From NCBI GenBank assembly GCA_904063045.1, contig CAJFCJ010000001.1, positions 2,418,001 to 2,482,000 on the forward strand: DNA of 64,000 nucleotides, in the 5' to 3' direction. Below the pieces are notes generated by a model, which made no database searches, was not told the origin of the DNA, and worked only from the letters and a program-made list of their open reading frames with translations. The DNA is from Dimorphilus gyrociliatus (taxonomy: Eukaryota; Animalia; Annelida). The position numbers and the translations under genes were made by a program. This document shows positions 1 to 11,791 of this stretch, one piece after another. The stretch's first letter is position 1. The number at the start of each line of letters is the position of its first letter.

Positions 1-224
1 ATTTAGAGTATGATATTTAAAACTGTAAATGTTCTTTTTAAGATTTCAATTAGACGATGGAATACGGTTTTCCTCTCTTTTTATATTATATGGTAAACAT
101 TGCACATATGAATAATAATCAAGCTATATTTATTAGACAGATTTAGGCCAATAGTATTCGACCACAATGTCCAATTAAATTGACTAAATAATTGATTCTG
201 ATTATAATCATTCTGTTCCTACAG

Positions 225-623
225 GGAAACTATATATATTGGTACTACAGACTTCAATCCAAACGATATTTCAACTATGATCCAACAAATGGGTCACAAA
301 TACCAAGGAGATCAATATCACCTTCTACATAAAAATTGTAATCACTTTACGGCAGAGTTTTGCAAGGTATAATTTCTCATTCTTACTGTCTTAATAATTT
401 AATGACAATCTATTAAATATATTAGTATATTATTTTATTATTCTTTCAGTTATTAACGGGCAAGGAACCTCCTTCCTGGGTTAATCGATTAGCTTCCGTT
501 AGTTCTTACATCCCGTTTCTAGAAAAAGCATTGCCAAAGGAATGGTTAACACCAATGGCTTTGGAGACGTCTCTTAATCAAACTTGCTCCGAAACTACTC
601 AAAATTCTGCTGTGCTAAAATAG
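225..623 (+). CDS. DESI2: PPPDE-family desumoylating isopeptidase 2 (DESI2), last two exons; 5' exons not identified
   Basis: Exons 225-366 and 450-623 (GT-AG) translate to [10 protein letters not shown]...[48 protein letters not shown]. This matches the DESI2 catalytic NCN motif and C-terminal signature. Not in the ORF track. Confidence 0.9.
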
Positions 624-2237
624 CATCTACTAACCTATTTATTCATCTTTCCACATACTCTACTCTCATCTCTTGACTCCACATCATCGATCTCATATAT
701 ATAAATCGATTCATATCACGTTCAACGCCTACCCAATATTTTTTCTTTTTGTTTCCTTGATTTATCTAAAAGGATATATTTTTATTCTTATCGACTGTAT
801 TTTTTCTTAATTGTATCGGTGTAATCTATATATTGCCTGTACCAACAAACCTGATGGGTTTTTTTCCCCTTATTTTTTAAAAAAAGAAAAAGAAACAAGC
901 ATTTTAGTAAACGTTGAAGAGAAAGACATTTACATATATATAAATGAGGAATTAAATAGAAATATGAAGAGAGAAAGAGAGAGAGAGAGAATATTAGAAA
1001 AAGCATGACAGCATCCATCGACAAACAAACAAAATAGGCCTAAGCTTGGTAAAAGGGAAGACCCTACAAATATTTTTAATAAAAATTGGATAGCTTAAAA
1101 TATTGATAACATATTTTATTTTTTTAAAAGGAAATTATTGGACTTTAGAATACAAAGAAATGGGAATTTAACATTTTTTTTTCATATATTTTTAAACATT
1201 TTATAATCCGTAAATAACTCTATTTATATTAATTAAGAAGCTTAAATGTAGGACTAATTTTGTGTGCCTTTTTTTCGCTTTTCATCCATTATTCCTACTA
1301 TTGGTGAAGAGTAGACGATTTTTTTTTTAAAAGTATTTACTCTATGTAAAAAAAAAAGGGCTGACAGTCTTGTCTTACAATTAATTTCACTCGTAAATAG
1401 AGAATTACTCCGGAGGGTAAACCTTCTCAGGGAAAATATTAATTGAAAGACCAATCTCCTTCGTTCTGATTTTTTTTACGTACCACACAACATGTGCCGG
1501 CTTAGCTTACATGCCATTGTAGGTTACCTACAGATGGCATTGTAACCTTTCTACTAAGAAAGGTATAATTAACCCTTGAAATGTACAATTACATGAGCAG
1601 TCAATACACGTATTCAGTTTTAACTACTAAGGCCCACAAATAAATAATAAAGGTAAAAGCGTTTCTTTGGATAAGTAAAATCTGTATTTATTAAATTTTC
1701 AAAAAAAAGGATGACGTCAGTTGCGAAAGGTAATTAATAAACCTCGCCGTAGGATATTCGTTATGTACTCATTTTTCTCGCTTCATGGATTACAATTTAT
1801 ATATTAAATGATTTGTGAGAAAATATCAAAACACGACAAAGGTTTTTACCGTCCTTTCGTGACAAAACTACAAAGAAAAAAAAATCGCCTACATCCTTAA
1901 ATATGTTCTTTTCTCTTCTATTCACCATATCTATCGTCTATTTTTGTCTTATATCTTCCGATAAGCAGTAAGTTTTCCAATACTCGTTATCAATGGTGTG
2001 CAGCTGAGCAAATTATGTGATGCGGTAGTGTAAAGAGGGGATCAAGGGAATAACTTTTTAATAGATTTTATATTTGTTATTCTAATCTTTGTCCTTCATC
2101 TTCTAAACTATAATTTACTTAACTCGAAAGAAGGAATGGAATAAATTGTAGGCGTATGAGTTTATTTAGACGTGCGACGAGAAAAAAACACGTGACTCGG
2201 AGAGTAAAACCAATGATCGGTCGAGAATGAGCGAGTA

Positions 2238-2309
2238 AGAGAGAAGAGAGCAGAGAGCGAGAGAGAGTGAGAGACAGACAGACAGACAGACACACACATA
2301 GATAGATAG
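2238..2309. repeat. Compound microsatellite (AG)n/(AGAC)n/(AC)n/(AGAT)n
   Basis: Seen directly, just upstream of the SLC16-like gene. Confidence 0.85.
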
Positions 2310-2398
2310 GCAAAAAGAAAGAAAAAGACAAAAGAATAAATCACATTGCTAAAGAGAATACTACTGGCTACTACCTAGAGATCCATGAAGAAAATAAT

Positions 2399-4592
2399 AT
2401 GAAAAAAGAAAATAGCCGATTGGATCGGAAATCCTTGTCGGAAAGGAGAGCAGCCGATTCATTGCCTCTTCCTGCACCTTTGCCAAAGAGAGCTGATTTT
2501 GGCCACTACTATCCCGATGGTGGATTCGGATGGGGAGTTTTGGCTGTAGCTTGTTTATCTCATTTGGTATTTGGCATGCATTTTGCTTTCGGATCATTAA
2601 CAGAGAATATCAAAGGAAAATTCAAGATAGACGATTCTTTAGCAGGTTGGCTGGTCATTTTTTTCTTTAAACCTTATACTCATATTTTTCCACTTTGATA
2701 ATATGTACGTTAGAAGAGTTCTCTCTTCATTTCCTCCCCATCGATTTTCCCTTCTCTTCCTTCCCTCATATTGTCTCCTGTTGTAAATTCCAGTCTGAAA
2801 AATTTAACCAATAGGATGAGTTTAAAAGAGAAATACAGAAGAACCGGAAAAGAGAAATAATCAGCAAATCAGAATAATTTCGTTCCCTCTTTTCCACTTA
2901 GGCAACCTTTACGTGTTTCAAGTATAACGTCTTACCGAATTAATAAGATTCGATACGTATCATCAATTTCTGTTTGTTTGATGAATATTGCTTAATCATG
3001 CATTAATAACCATATCCAGTACATATATATATTTACTTCCTATAATTGACTAGTGATTAGCTAAGATGTAATAATTGAATAGTATTTAGTTACATAATTC
3101 TATCTACATTTCAGTTTGGTTGGCGCCTTCAGGATTATCTGTAACCCATTTTCTTGCTCCCATTATAACTGCTTTGTGTAGAAGAAAATCAACAAGACTA
3201 TTAAGTGTGATAGGATGTCTTCTTTGTACTCTCGGAACGCTGTTTATGTCTTTTTCAACTAAGATTAATCATCTATTCATAAGTTACGTATGCGTAGTAA
3301 GCATTGGAACATCTCTAACAACTGCGACATCTTCCGTAATGGTTGCAAGATACTTTCGAAAGAAAAGGTTATTTGCAGAAATGCTGCTATCATCTTCCAC
3401 AGGAATTGGATGTTTAATCTATTCTATTTTGTACCGATACACAGTTAGGTAAGTCGTAGTTTAACATTGAAAATGAGATTTATTGTCTGATTACTTCCTA
3501 ATTTAAGTTTAAATGAATCGTAAAACCTATAGATTAGTGTAATCCTTCAATAATATCGCTGTGGAAAGAATGATAATTCTTCTTTTGAAACAGGCGATTA
3601 GGATGGATAAAGTCTTTACAATATATGACAATCATCACCTTATCAACAGTTATTTCTGGGATATTGTATAGATCTCCTTCCCTTTATCATCCTAGGAGAA
3701 GGGCGATGCTTCATGTTAAAAATCAGCGAAAAACTAAAAATCAACGGAGGGAGGAGAAAATCAGCTATTTCGATCTGAGCCCCTTACGCATGCGCAGTTT
3801 TAAATTGATGGTATTTTCTACAGCTCTAATTTCTTTTGGCTCTTTTATTCCTTTTGCTATTCCGGTAGGTTTATTATTTCCGTACTTTCCAAGTCATTTA
3901 CGTAACTTGTGATACTTTTTTCCAAGAAGAATAGTGCAACAGCAATACTATCAATGGCGTGCGGTTGGCCAGTTGGTAGTGCATTAGTCGGCTTGTTAAT
4001 TAGGAAATGGTCTATTCCCGGTCAATATTTAATTCAAATATCCTCATTCATCTTGGGAATGTCATTAATATTATCAACAATCCTTAAAGATCATGTCAGT
4101 CATATATTTTTTAGTATTATTTATGGCATGGGAATTGGTTCCTGGAACTATTCCTTAAGATATCACTCGTATAAGACCGTGGGCTGTAAATTGTCTGAAG
4201 TATCGTGGTCTTACCAAGTATTTGCTCAATCATTACCCACATTATTGGGATCTCCAGCGGTTTTTTTCACTAATGAAAACCTAGGTACTAGTTATGGTTT
4301 TATTATTGGTGGGTGCTCTGCCCTTTTGGGCTGCTTGATAATCTTTTCCTGGGCGTTTGTTGCGAAACATCAAACGAATCAAGAAGTTCTCAGAGAGGCT
4401 CACTTGAAAACGAAAATTTTTCAAGAGGATTCTCTTTCAGCTATGAAGGTGTCTGATGAATTTAACTATAGATTAAATAAAGAAAATTTAGCTCCGAATA
4501 GTTGGTCAAAAGAAGAAAGAGTACAGGAATTCGTTCTTCAAACCTCCAATAATAGTTTACCTCTACCAGAATGTTTATCAACTGCTGTTTAA
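2399..4592 (+). CDS. SLC16/monocarboxylate-transporter-like MFS protein
   Basis: Exons 2399-2645, 3115-3448, 3594-3864, 3927-4592 join in phase. PDGGFGWG TM1 motif, YFRKKRLFA loop motif and multiple hydrophobic segments. Confidence 0.85.
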
Positions 4593-4763
4593 TATAGAAG
4601 TTTACTGCATCTTCATTTATCAAGATATACGAGAATGAGTGCGAACTATTTATTACAACCCTCACTAATAAAAAGTATCTCTTAGAAATTTTGACCACAA
4701 AAAAAGAATTAATTTATTTGCTACATGACACGTGAATAATCAAGTTCAATTATAGTATATCAA

Positions 4764-6784
4764 CTACTTTCTTGAAGATCTGTTCTCGAGTGCATTTGGT
4801 CGACGTGGAAAGAATCCCCACTGCCTAACACTCTCATGATTAAATACAGCGAATTTATGATCCATAGGTAATTCTGCGTAAGTGAGCATTAAATTATCAA
4901 GGTAGTGACTTCTCGAAAACTATACTCACTTGCAATATATTGAAGTTGGGGTACAGCAACATCTGCATATTTTCGTATTATATAACCCCATAGTGTATTC
5001 ATGCACGGTTCAGGCGAATCGTCACATGATTTTCCATCCGTAAACAAAGATCCCCAACTAAGTGATGTTAAATATTCCTTTTCATCTTGAGAAGGTTCCT
5101 GAAATTAATTTGAATGAATTATAATGTTTTAACCAATAATTGTTGTTTTTATTAAATTTTCGTAAGCGGCTTTTATTACAGTTGATTTATATTTCTTTAT
5201 TTTTGGACTATCTTCGAAATGCTCGTGAAACTCCCAATCTTCAGCTTCCATTTCTTCTAGAATGAGAAAGTTATCCCAATCGGCAAATCTTTTAGATGGG
5301 AATACGTCGGATCTAAGACTATCTCCAAAAAAGAGTATCTGTTTAGTTAAGATCATTTATTTTATTGAAACATTTATAATAAAGTAGTGATTTTATTACC
5401 TTTGGTTGGTCTTTTCCAGTTTTCTTTTTCAAGGCTTTCATTAGTATCTCCTTATTTCCTTGCAGGTAAGTTACGTTAGGTTTCATTTCATGAACAACTG
5501 ATCCATGACCTCCCTCATCGTTTACTTCGTACATCGGATTACTTCCCGAGAAGAATGCAGGCTTTCTTGCCAAAGTGGCATTAAAATCAAATAAATCTGT
5601 CCACTCTGTGCTAAATATATATTTTTATATATTTCTTCAAAGTAACCTAGTTAAGAAATACCCGTAGGCGTGATCTAGCACGAATTTTGCACAATCATGA
5701 TATGCCGAAGTTACAATAAACATAACTTTATTAAGTTCTCTTATCTTTTTCAACCATTGGCATACATCTTCAGGAGTTTTTTCCAAAAATCTTTCAGGAT
5801 CCTCTTTTAAACTCTTAAAGAAAGTTTTGTTATCTGTTATGTTATAAAAGTATATCTATTATTGTTTAGAAAAGAAAGCAATTTGTATGATGAATACTAA
5901 CCAGCAAAATTTTTATGGTTGTACAAATGACGGAAGCCATCCATCACATCACTTTCAACAGTACTCATTTTCTTTGCGACCAACTCTTCATCTTTCTATT
6001 CATATTTAAAATTAAATAATTGTGTAGATTTAAAATGAAAATACTACTATGTCAATGTCTTTTAGGGCTACATCGATTACTTTTGCAGTGACAACAATTC
6101 CAGGCATATCAAAAAAGTTCTCGAAAATACGGAAGCGAGCTGGAAATTAATACCATAAGATATTTCTCAATTAAAAATATATATAAACCCACGTGGTAGA
6201 TTGTCAACAGTCTCTATCAAGTCCTTAAACCAGGGGAATATCTTACCATCACCATAAATATCTTGGATTTGTTCGTCATTAAGTGCTGTACTTCCAAGAG
6301 TTGCCCTGATATGTTAAAATAAAACACAAGTTCATAATTAAAGAACATGTATATATTTTTTTACAGATAGAGGCGTTTACCTTAATATGAAGCCATTTTC
6401 GGAGAGTTTCAGAAATATACCGTGTCTCTTGTCCAGAATTAAACCTCTTACACTAAGAATATTTAGTAAAAAAAAATATAAAATTTTATTACTTTTAATG
6501 TCGCTTATTTTTCTTACTTACCATAAATCCTTGAAATGAGAAAAAGGTTTCTTCATTTCTTCTGGATAATTTCTTTCCGAAACTAGAAAGTCAGTCATAA
6601 GGTCGTGCATTGTCTAAGGATCACACCACGTGAAAATTTTATATAATTTTTCTATTAACAACCAACTTACGTTAAATAGATTGGGAATTTTATATTTAAC
6701 AAGGGTATGATCAACATCAAAACCAATTGCGTCATATTCGTCAAAAGACAAACTTTTAGGCTGTTCTTTAACTTCGGCAGACAT
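4764..6784 (-). CDS. NT5DC1: 5'-nucleotidase domain-containing protein 1 (HAD family)
   Basis: Multi-exon. Starts MSAEVKEQPKSLSFDEYDAIGFDVDHTLVKY (HAD DxDxT motif), then FENFFDMPG, ARKPAFF, FFGDSLRSDVFPSK, WDNFLILEEM, and ends LPMDHKF...FFPRRPNALENRSSRK*. Confidence 0.9.
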
Positions 6785-6900
6785 ATTGTTCTGTTTAATA
6801 CCCCTCTTAGTTAACAGTTCGGCATATATCTTTGAGCGATATTAGAGCTATCATTGAGTATTTGATCTACGTACTTGCGCAAGATTCTATGTCATGTAAG

Positions 6901-6912
6901 TGCGCATGCGCG
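6901..6912. promoter_or_regulatory. NRF1-type motif TGCGCATGCGCG in the NT5DC1/RAP1 divergent promoter
   Basis: Matches the YGCGCAYGCGCR consensus, within a 219-bp head-to-head gap. A CRE-like TGACGTAA follows at 6918-6925. Confidence 0.55.
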
Positions 6913-7003
6913 ATCGTTGACGTAAAAAAAGCTTGGCGGTTCAAACTATTTGTAAACATATCCAAAAAATCAAGTAAAACTTTCGAGATTATCCAGATCC
7001 CTA

Positions 7004-8108
7004 ATGATGGAAAATCATCCAATATTCATAGATAGGGAAGGTAAAAGTATGCAGTTCGCTCTAAGCCCATGCGACATAAAAGAAACTATTAGAAAGCAGA
7101 TTCAAGTTAGTTTTCGAAATATTCTCTTATTAATTTCAATTATCGTTGTAAACGGATAAATCAACTGTAATTGTTAGTAGTTGTCTTTTATAGTCCTCGA
7201 GGATTATTAATTTTTCATAAAATTAAAACAATATCTGTGAAATAATAGATTAAAATATGGCGATCAATCTACTGCATGAAGTGTTAAAAAATATTTAAAT
7301 TATTCGAATTTTTTATCCAGGAATACGGTGGAAGTATGGTTGCACCTCATAAAATTCATAAGGGAGTTATAAAGTAAGTATTTCGATATTTATTGTTGTA
7401 GAAAGATATTAATGATTGGAATGGAAAAATAGATTAAGAAAACCTGGACCATGCGTTTCTCCGGAAGAAGTTTCCGTTCAATATATTACAGATTGCATAA
7501 CAGATAAAAAGCTATTAGATATTAAAAAGTACAAGTAAGTTTTAAATTGTGAAATCTTTACTAAAAGAAGAAAGAAATATTATATTTCTTTAGATTTGAA
7601 AATATAATTGTCGAAACAAAAGAAGAGGATGATATTAGCCTTCCAGACGTTAAATTAGAGAGTCCACTAGAAGAAAGTGATAGTCCTAATATTAGTCAAT
7701 CACGTAGAAAATCAAAAATGTAAATATGCTGGAAACCATTCTATTCTATTTTAATATGAAATTAAACGCATATTTTTGTTAAGACGTCAACCTTATACAA
7801 AAGAAGATGATGAGGCGATAATCCAATGTATATTAAAACTGAAAGCATCAAAATTGGTAAAAGGTCGAGCTATTTGGACAAAAATCGAAAAGAGTCCTGT
7901 AATATTAAATTCAAAAGGAAATCTTAACAAACTTTCTAACGCCATATTTCTTATACAGCCATCTCAATTGAAAGGCCGAACCTGGATGTCTCTAAGGGAT
8001 CGCTATTTAAAAATGATAATACCAAATTTAAAGGCCTATGGATTAAGTTCAACAAACGTAGAAATTCTAAAATTGGATTTTAAAAGGAATACTTCAAAAA
8101 AAACTTGA
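7004..8108 (+). CDS. TERF2IP: RAP1/TERF2IP-like telomere protein (BRCT + Myb)
   Basis: Exons 7004-7105, 7321-7373, 7433-7534, 7594-7719, 7784-7898, 7959-8108. The BRCT-like part reads IFIDREGKSMQF...EYGGS...VSVQYITDCITDKKLLDIKKY. The Myb part RQPYTKEDDEAI..VKGRAIWTKIE..RTWMSLRDRYLK resembles the Rap1 Myb domain. Confidence 0.8.
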
Positions 8109-9078
8109 TTTTAAACCTAAAACTTTTACCCGCAAGCGATGCGCAATCGTAGCTAACTTTGAATGAACTTTTACTGCTTTTATTATTACTTTTACCAGCT
8201 GAAAAATAAACGTATATAATGAATATTGTAAGACTTATCTGTTTGTCAGGACGAAAGAGAAAAATAACGACAAACGAGCTGAAACAATATTCATGATTCC
8301 TAATGCCATATATAAATATGAAAATATCGGTTTTTTTTTTTACTTATACAGTTAATCCTCAAATTTCCTAACATACTGTATGTTTGTACTATTATCTATA
8401 TGTATTACCTTCCCTGCAAACCGGATGTATTGTCAATTGTCTATCATCTTGGTTCCCCCAAATCGATGAAAATTGCAAAGAACCAAAAAGAAGAAATCTA
8501 TTATATGAAATAGAAATGAATTAATTATTAATTATTAGCGCTATACTACTTATTATCTTGCTCCGTAGTACTTCCGATAACTCAGTAGGCCGAATTTCAC
8601 TTAGTTGTGACTAAATAATGTTTTTGTAGACACGTGAAATGCTAATTAATATGTCATTTCAATGTAATTACTTTTTGTGGACACGAATGAGACAAAGATA
8701 TCAAAGTTGTAGATCCCTTTGTAATTGAATATATTAACATGAAGTTTTTTTTTGTATAATTGATAAAACTCGTTTACGAATTGAAATATTTCCCTCTTTC
8801 ACTTCTTGTGTCTTTCCCCTCCTTTTGCTTCTCTTTATTAAAACGTCAAAAGTTTTTTATACTATTTACCAAAGAACGTAATAGATTGCTGTAATGCAGT
8901 TTATGTATACATATAGACATAGATATGGGAAAAAAACAAAATTTACACACTTTGATATAAAAGTCTTTTGTGATAAGAGCTTGACGAATTCATTAGAAGA
9001 TTTTTGCTCTTTTAGATAAAAATTATAAGCCAACGATAAAAGGCCACTAACTGATAGACCGAGCGTTCAGAAGGTATT

Positions 9079-10467
9079 ATGAACCCGTTGTTTAAGCGTA
9101 ACGTCGACGACCTCCTATCGTCAAAATTATGGAGGGCAGCTATAGGGGAATTGATAGCTACTTTTCTATTAATATTTCTTGGTTGTGGAACTGCTTTGTC
9201 CGAAAAGCCAGGAAATCCAAAAGATGCCCAATTAGTTAGAGTAAGTTTATCATTTGCAAGTTTGGTTGGACTATTAGTTTGGGTATTTGGTAATGTTTCT
9301 GGAGCTCACCTAAACCCTGCAATTACGTTGGCTCAATTGTTCTCTAGGAGAGTAGGAGCAGTGAGGGCGTTAGTCTACGTTTGTGCTCAGGTAAAGTAAA
9401 TACTTATTTAAAAAGAAAAAAGTTAAATAAAAAAAGATATCGTACTTCCTGCTGTAATTGAGAAGACGGAAGAATTTAACGAAGATTATAGATTGGCGCG
9501 TGAAACTTTGCATATGTTGTTAAATATTTAGTTCTTAAGAACTTGATATAAAACACTTTTAAAGTTGCTTTTCAATTTCTATTCTAACAGATGGGAGGAT
9601 GCACTTTGGGAGCACTTTGTTTGAAGTTCATAGTTAGTAAAGAAAGGAGAGAGCAATTAGGTATTACTTCCGTTCAACCAGATATTGAAAACGCTCAGGC
9701 TATTGGTCTTGAGATATGTATAACCTTTGCTTTGGCTATAACTGTATTTGCCGTGACCGATAAATCTCGGGAAGACGTTGGTCATGGTATGGCACCTTTA
9801 GCCGTCTCTTTTGCAATCTTGACCACTCTACTAATGGCCGTTTGTATATTTCTTTTCTGAGAGAAAAATACTTAAAATTCTTATGAAGTAGATACCATTT
9901 CAAAGCAATCCGACATAAAATTTTTATCTTATCAAGTAGGCTCTTTTTGTAACCGAAGCAAATGATTATCACTTTACCGTTTTTATATATAGTGTACAGT
10001 ATATAGTCTATACATATATTAGTGTAACATATATAAAAAATCTTTATACAGTGTGAATTATCCAATGTTATGTCTACCATTGTGTTTTCTAATCATTTAA
10101 GTTAAAGATTGTACTTTTTGTACAGGTATTATCTCAAACATTGATTACCAATTAATGGTTTCAGATACCATTGACTGGAGCCAGCCTTAATCCAGCTCGT
10201 TCTTTTGGACCAAATGTCGCTCTAGCACAGTCATCTGCATGGAAGCAACACTGGATATATTGGATAGGACCACCAGTCGGTGCAATTTCAGCAGCATTCA
10301 TCTACGATTTTATCCTTGCACCAAACACTTGTTTAAAGAAGATATCCAAATATTTTACAGATCCAGATTATGACGTACACACAAATTATAACGAACAAGG
10401 AATAACTTTTGGAGATTTCAGAGACCCTCAATCAAGTCAAGAACAAAAAATATACACAGTATCATAA
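9079..10467 (+). CDS. Aquaporin (AQP4/AQP1-like MIP channel)
   Basis: Exons 9079-9390, 9591-9839, 10165-10467. Both NPA boxes are present: [10 protein letters not shown] and [13 protein letters not shown]. Confidence 0.95.
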
Positions 10468-10616
10468 CACTGAATGTATAGATAAATAAATATAAATAGA
10501 CAATAGAAAAAAATATACTATATACCTTCTCAATGAAGAAAATCAAAGAATACATGATTTTTGTAACTAATGACGAATTAACTTTTAATTATTGAAGAAA
10601 GAACTGTCCGAATTAT

Positions 10617-10620
<4 letters not shown>

Positions 10621-10648
<28 letters not shown>
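10621..10648. repeat. (TA)n microsatellite
   Basis: Seen directly, downstream of the aquaporin stop. Confidence 0.9.
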
Positions 10649-10651
<3 letters not shown>

Positions 10652-11743
10652 TTATACTAAACAATACATGGAAATTTACATATTATAAGAATAATAGTAT
10701 ATTTATGCATTTAACTATAAGCTATTAATCATATAATAAAACTAAGTTTGATAAGAAGAGCTTTTTTCTAACAAGGTTGAATTGCCATCAATTTTCACCT
10801 TTTACCTAGAAAGAAAAAAACTATTAATAATCTAATTTATTTATTGAATTGAACTTGAAAGATAATATTACTTTTCTCTCTCTTTCTCACTCTCTCTTAA
10901 AGTTAATAAAACACTTATTTATCTCATATAGTATCTCCCTAGCTTTTTATATCATTTTTTTTGGTTTAAATAGTTTCATTTTTTATTAGTTTACAACTAA
11001 TAAACCAGGGATTAGTTGAAGAAACATTTATATATATATATATTTAATTATTATTCATTTATTCATTAATTAATATTCCTTAAAATATGAATATAAAGAA
11101 TTCATTAAATGTGATATTGTTTGTTTTTCTTTTTTCTTTTAGCTAATCAATGATAAGAGTATCTTTTAAATGCTTCAGGTATCTATTTATATGCTTGAAA
11201 AAATTCTATTATTCTTCTAATCAAAGTAGTATACTAATAGATTTAGTGACTATAAATAACCCTATACTAATACATATGTACATTAATGTTTATGTTATGC
11301 CATCTACTGTTTTCCCAATATTTCGTGATGTACTGATTTACTTCGGCTTGTTGCAGTAATTGACGCCTAGGCGATTATGATAGAATAACAAGTAGGTTTT
11401 GATCTTGCTTTCTGAGAAAAATTCATTATCACTGATTTTTTATTTATTATTATTTTTTTTTTTGATACATTGAGCTTTTAGATGAATAATTACAGAGGAC
11501 GTGGGTTATAAGATAGAATATCTGATCAACACGCCCAGCATAAGTGTCGTGCTATATCTTTTTAGCACGCTACTGTGCACTTGAAATGTTTATAGTTGTT
11601 AATATATAGTGTAACTTGGTGACTTGCATTATTTTAATTTTTATAATTCCCGCTACATTTTTTTTGACGAATTTGACCGATGAATGACCGGTTTGTAGTT
11701 TCGGTAATAGTTAACCGGTTATATCAATATTCTCCCCTTATCA

Positions 11744-11753
11744 ACCGGAAGCG
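11744..11753 (+). promoter_or_regulatory. ETS/GABP-like motif ACCGGAAGCG upstream of PIGK
   Basis: CCGGAAG core about 40 bp before the ATG. Motif match only. Confidence 0.35.
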
Positions 11754-11791
11754 GCAACCAAAGAGTGAACGAAGGTATTTAGGGAGAAAAC

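Noticed and set aside
788-2344. Short ORFs on both strands between DESI2 and the SLC16-like gene
   Set aside because: Low-complexity translations of AT-rich and microsatellite DNA with no domain signal or splice logic.
9736-10080. 114-aa antisense ORF over the aquaporin intron
   Set aside because: Ile/Lys/Tyr-rich composition expected from AT-rich sequence; non-ATG start; no motif.
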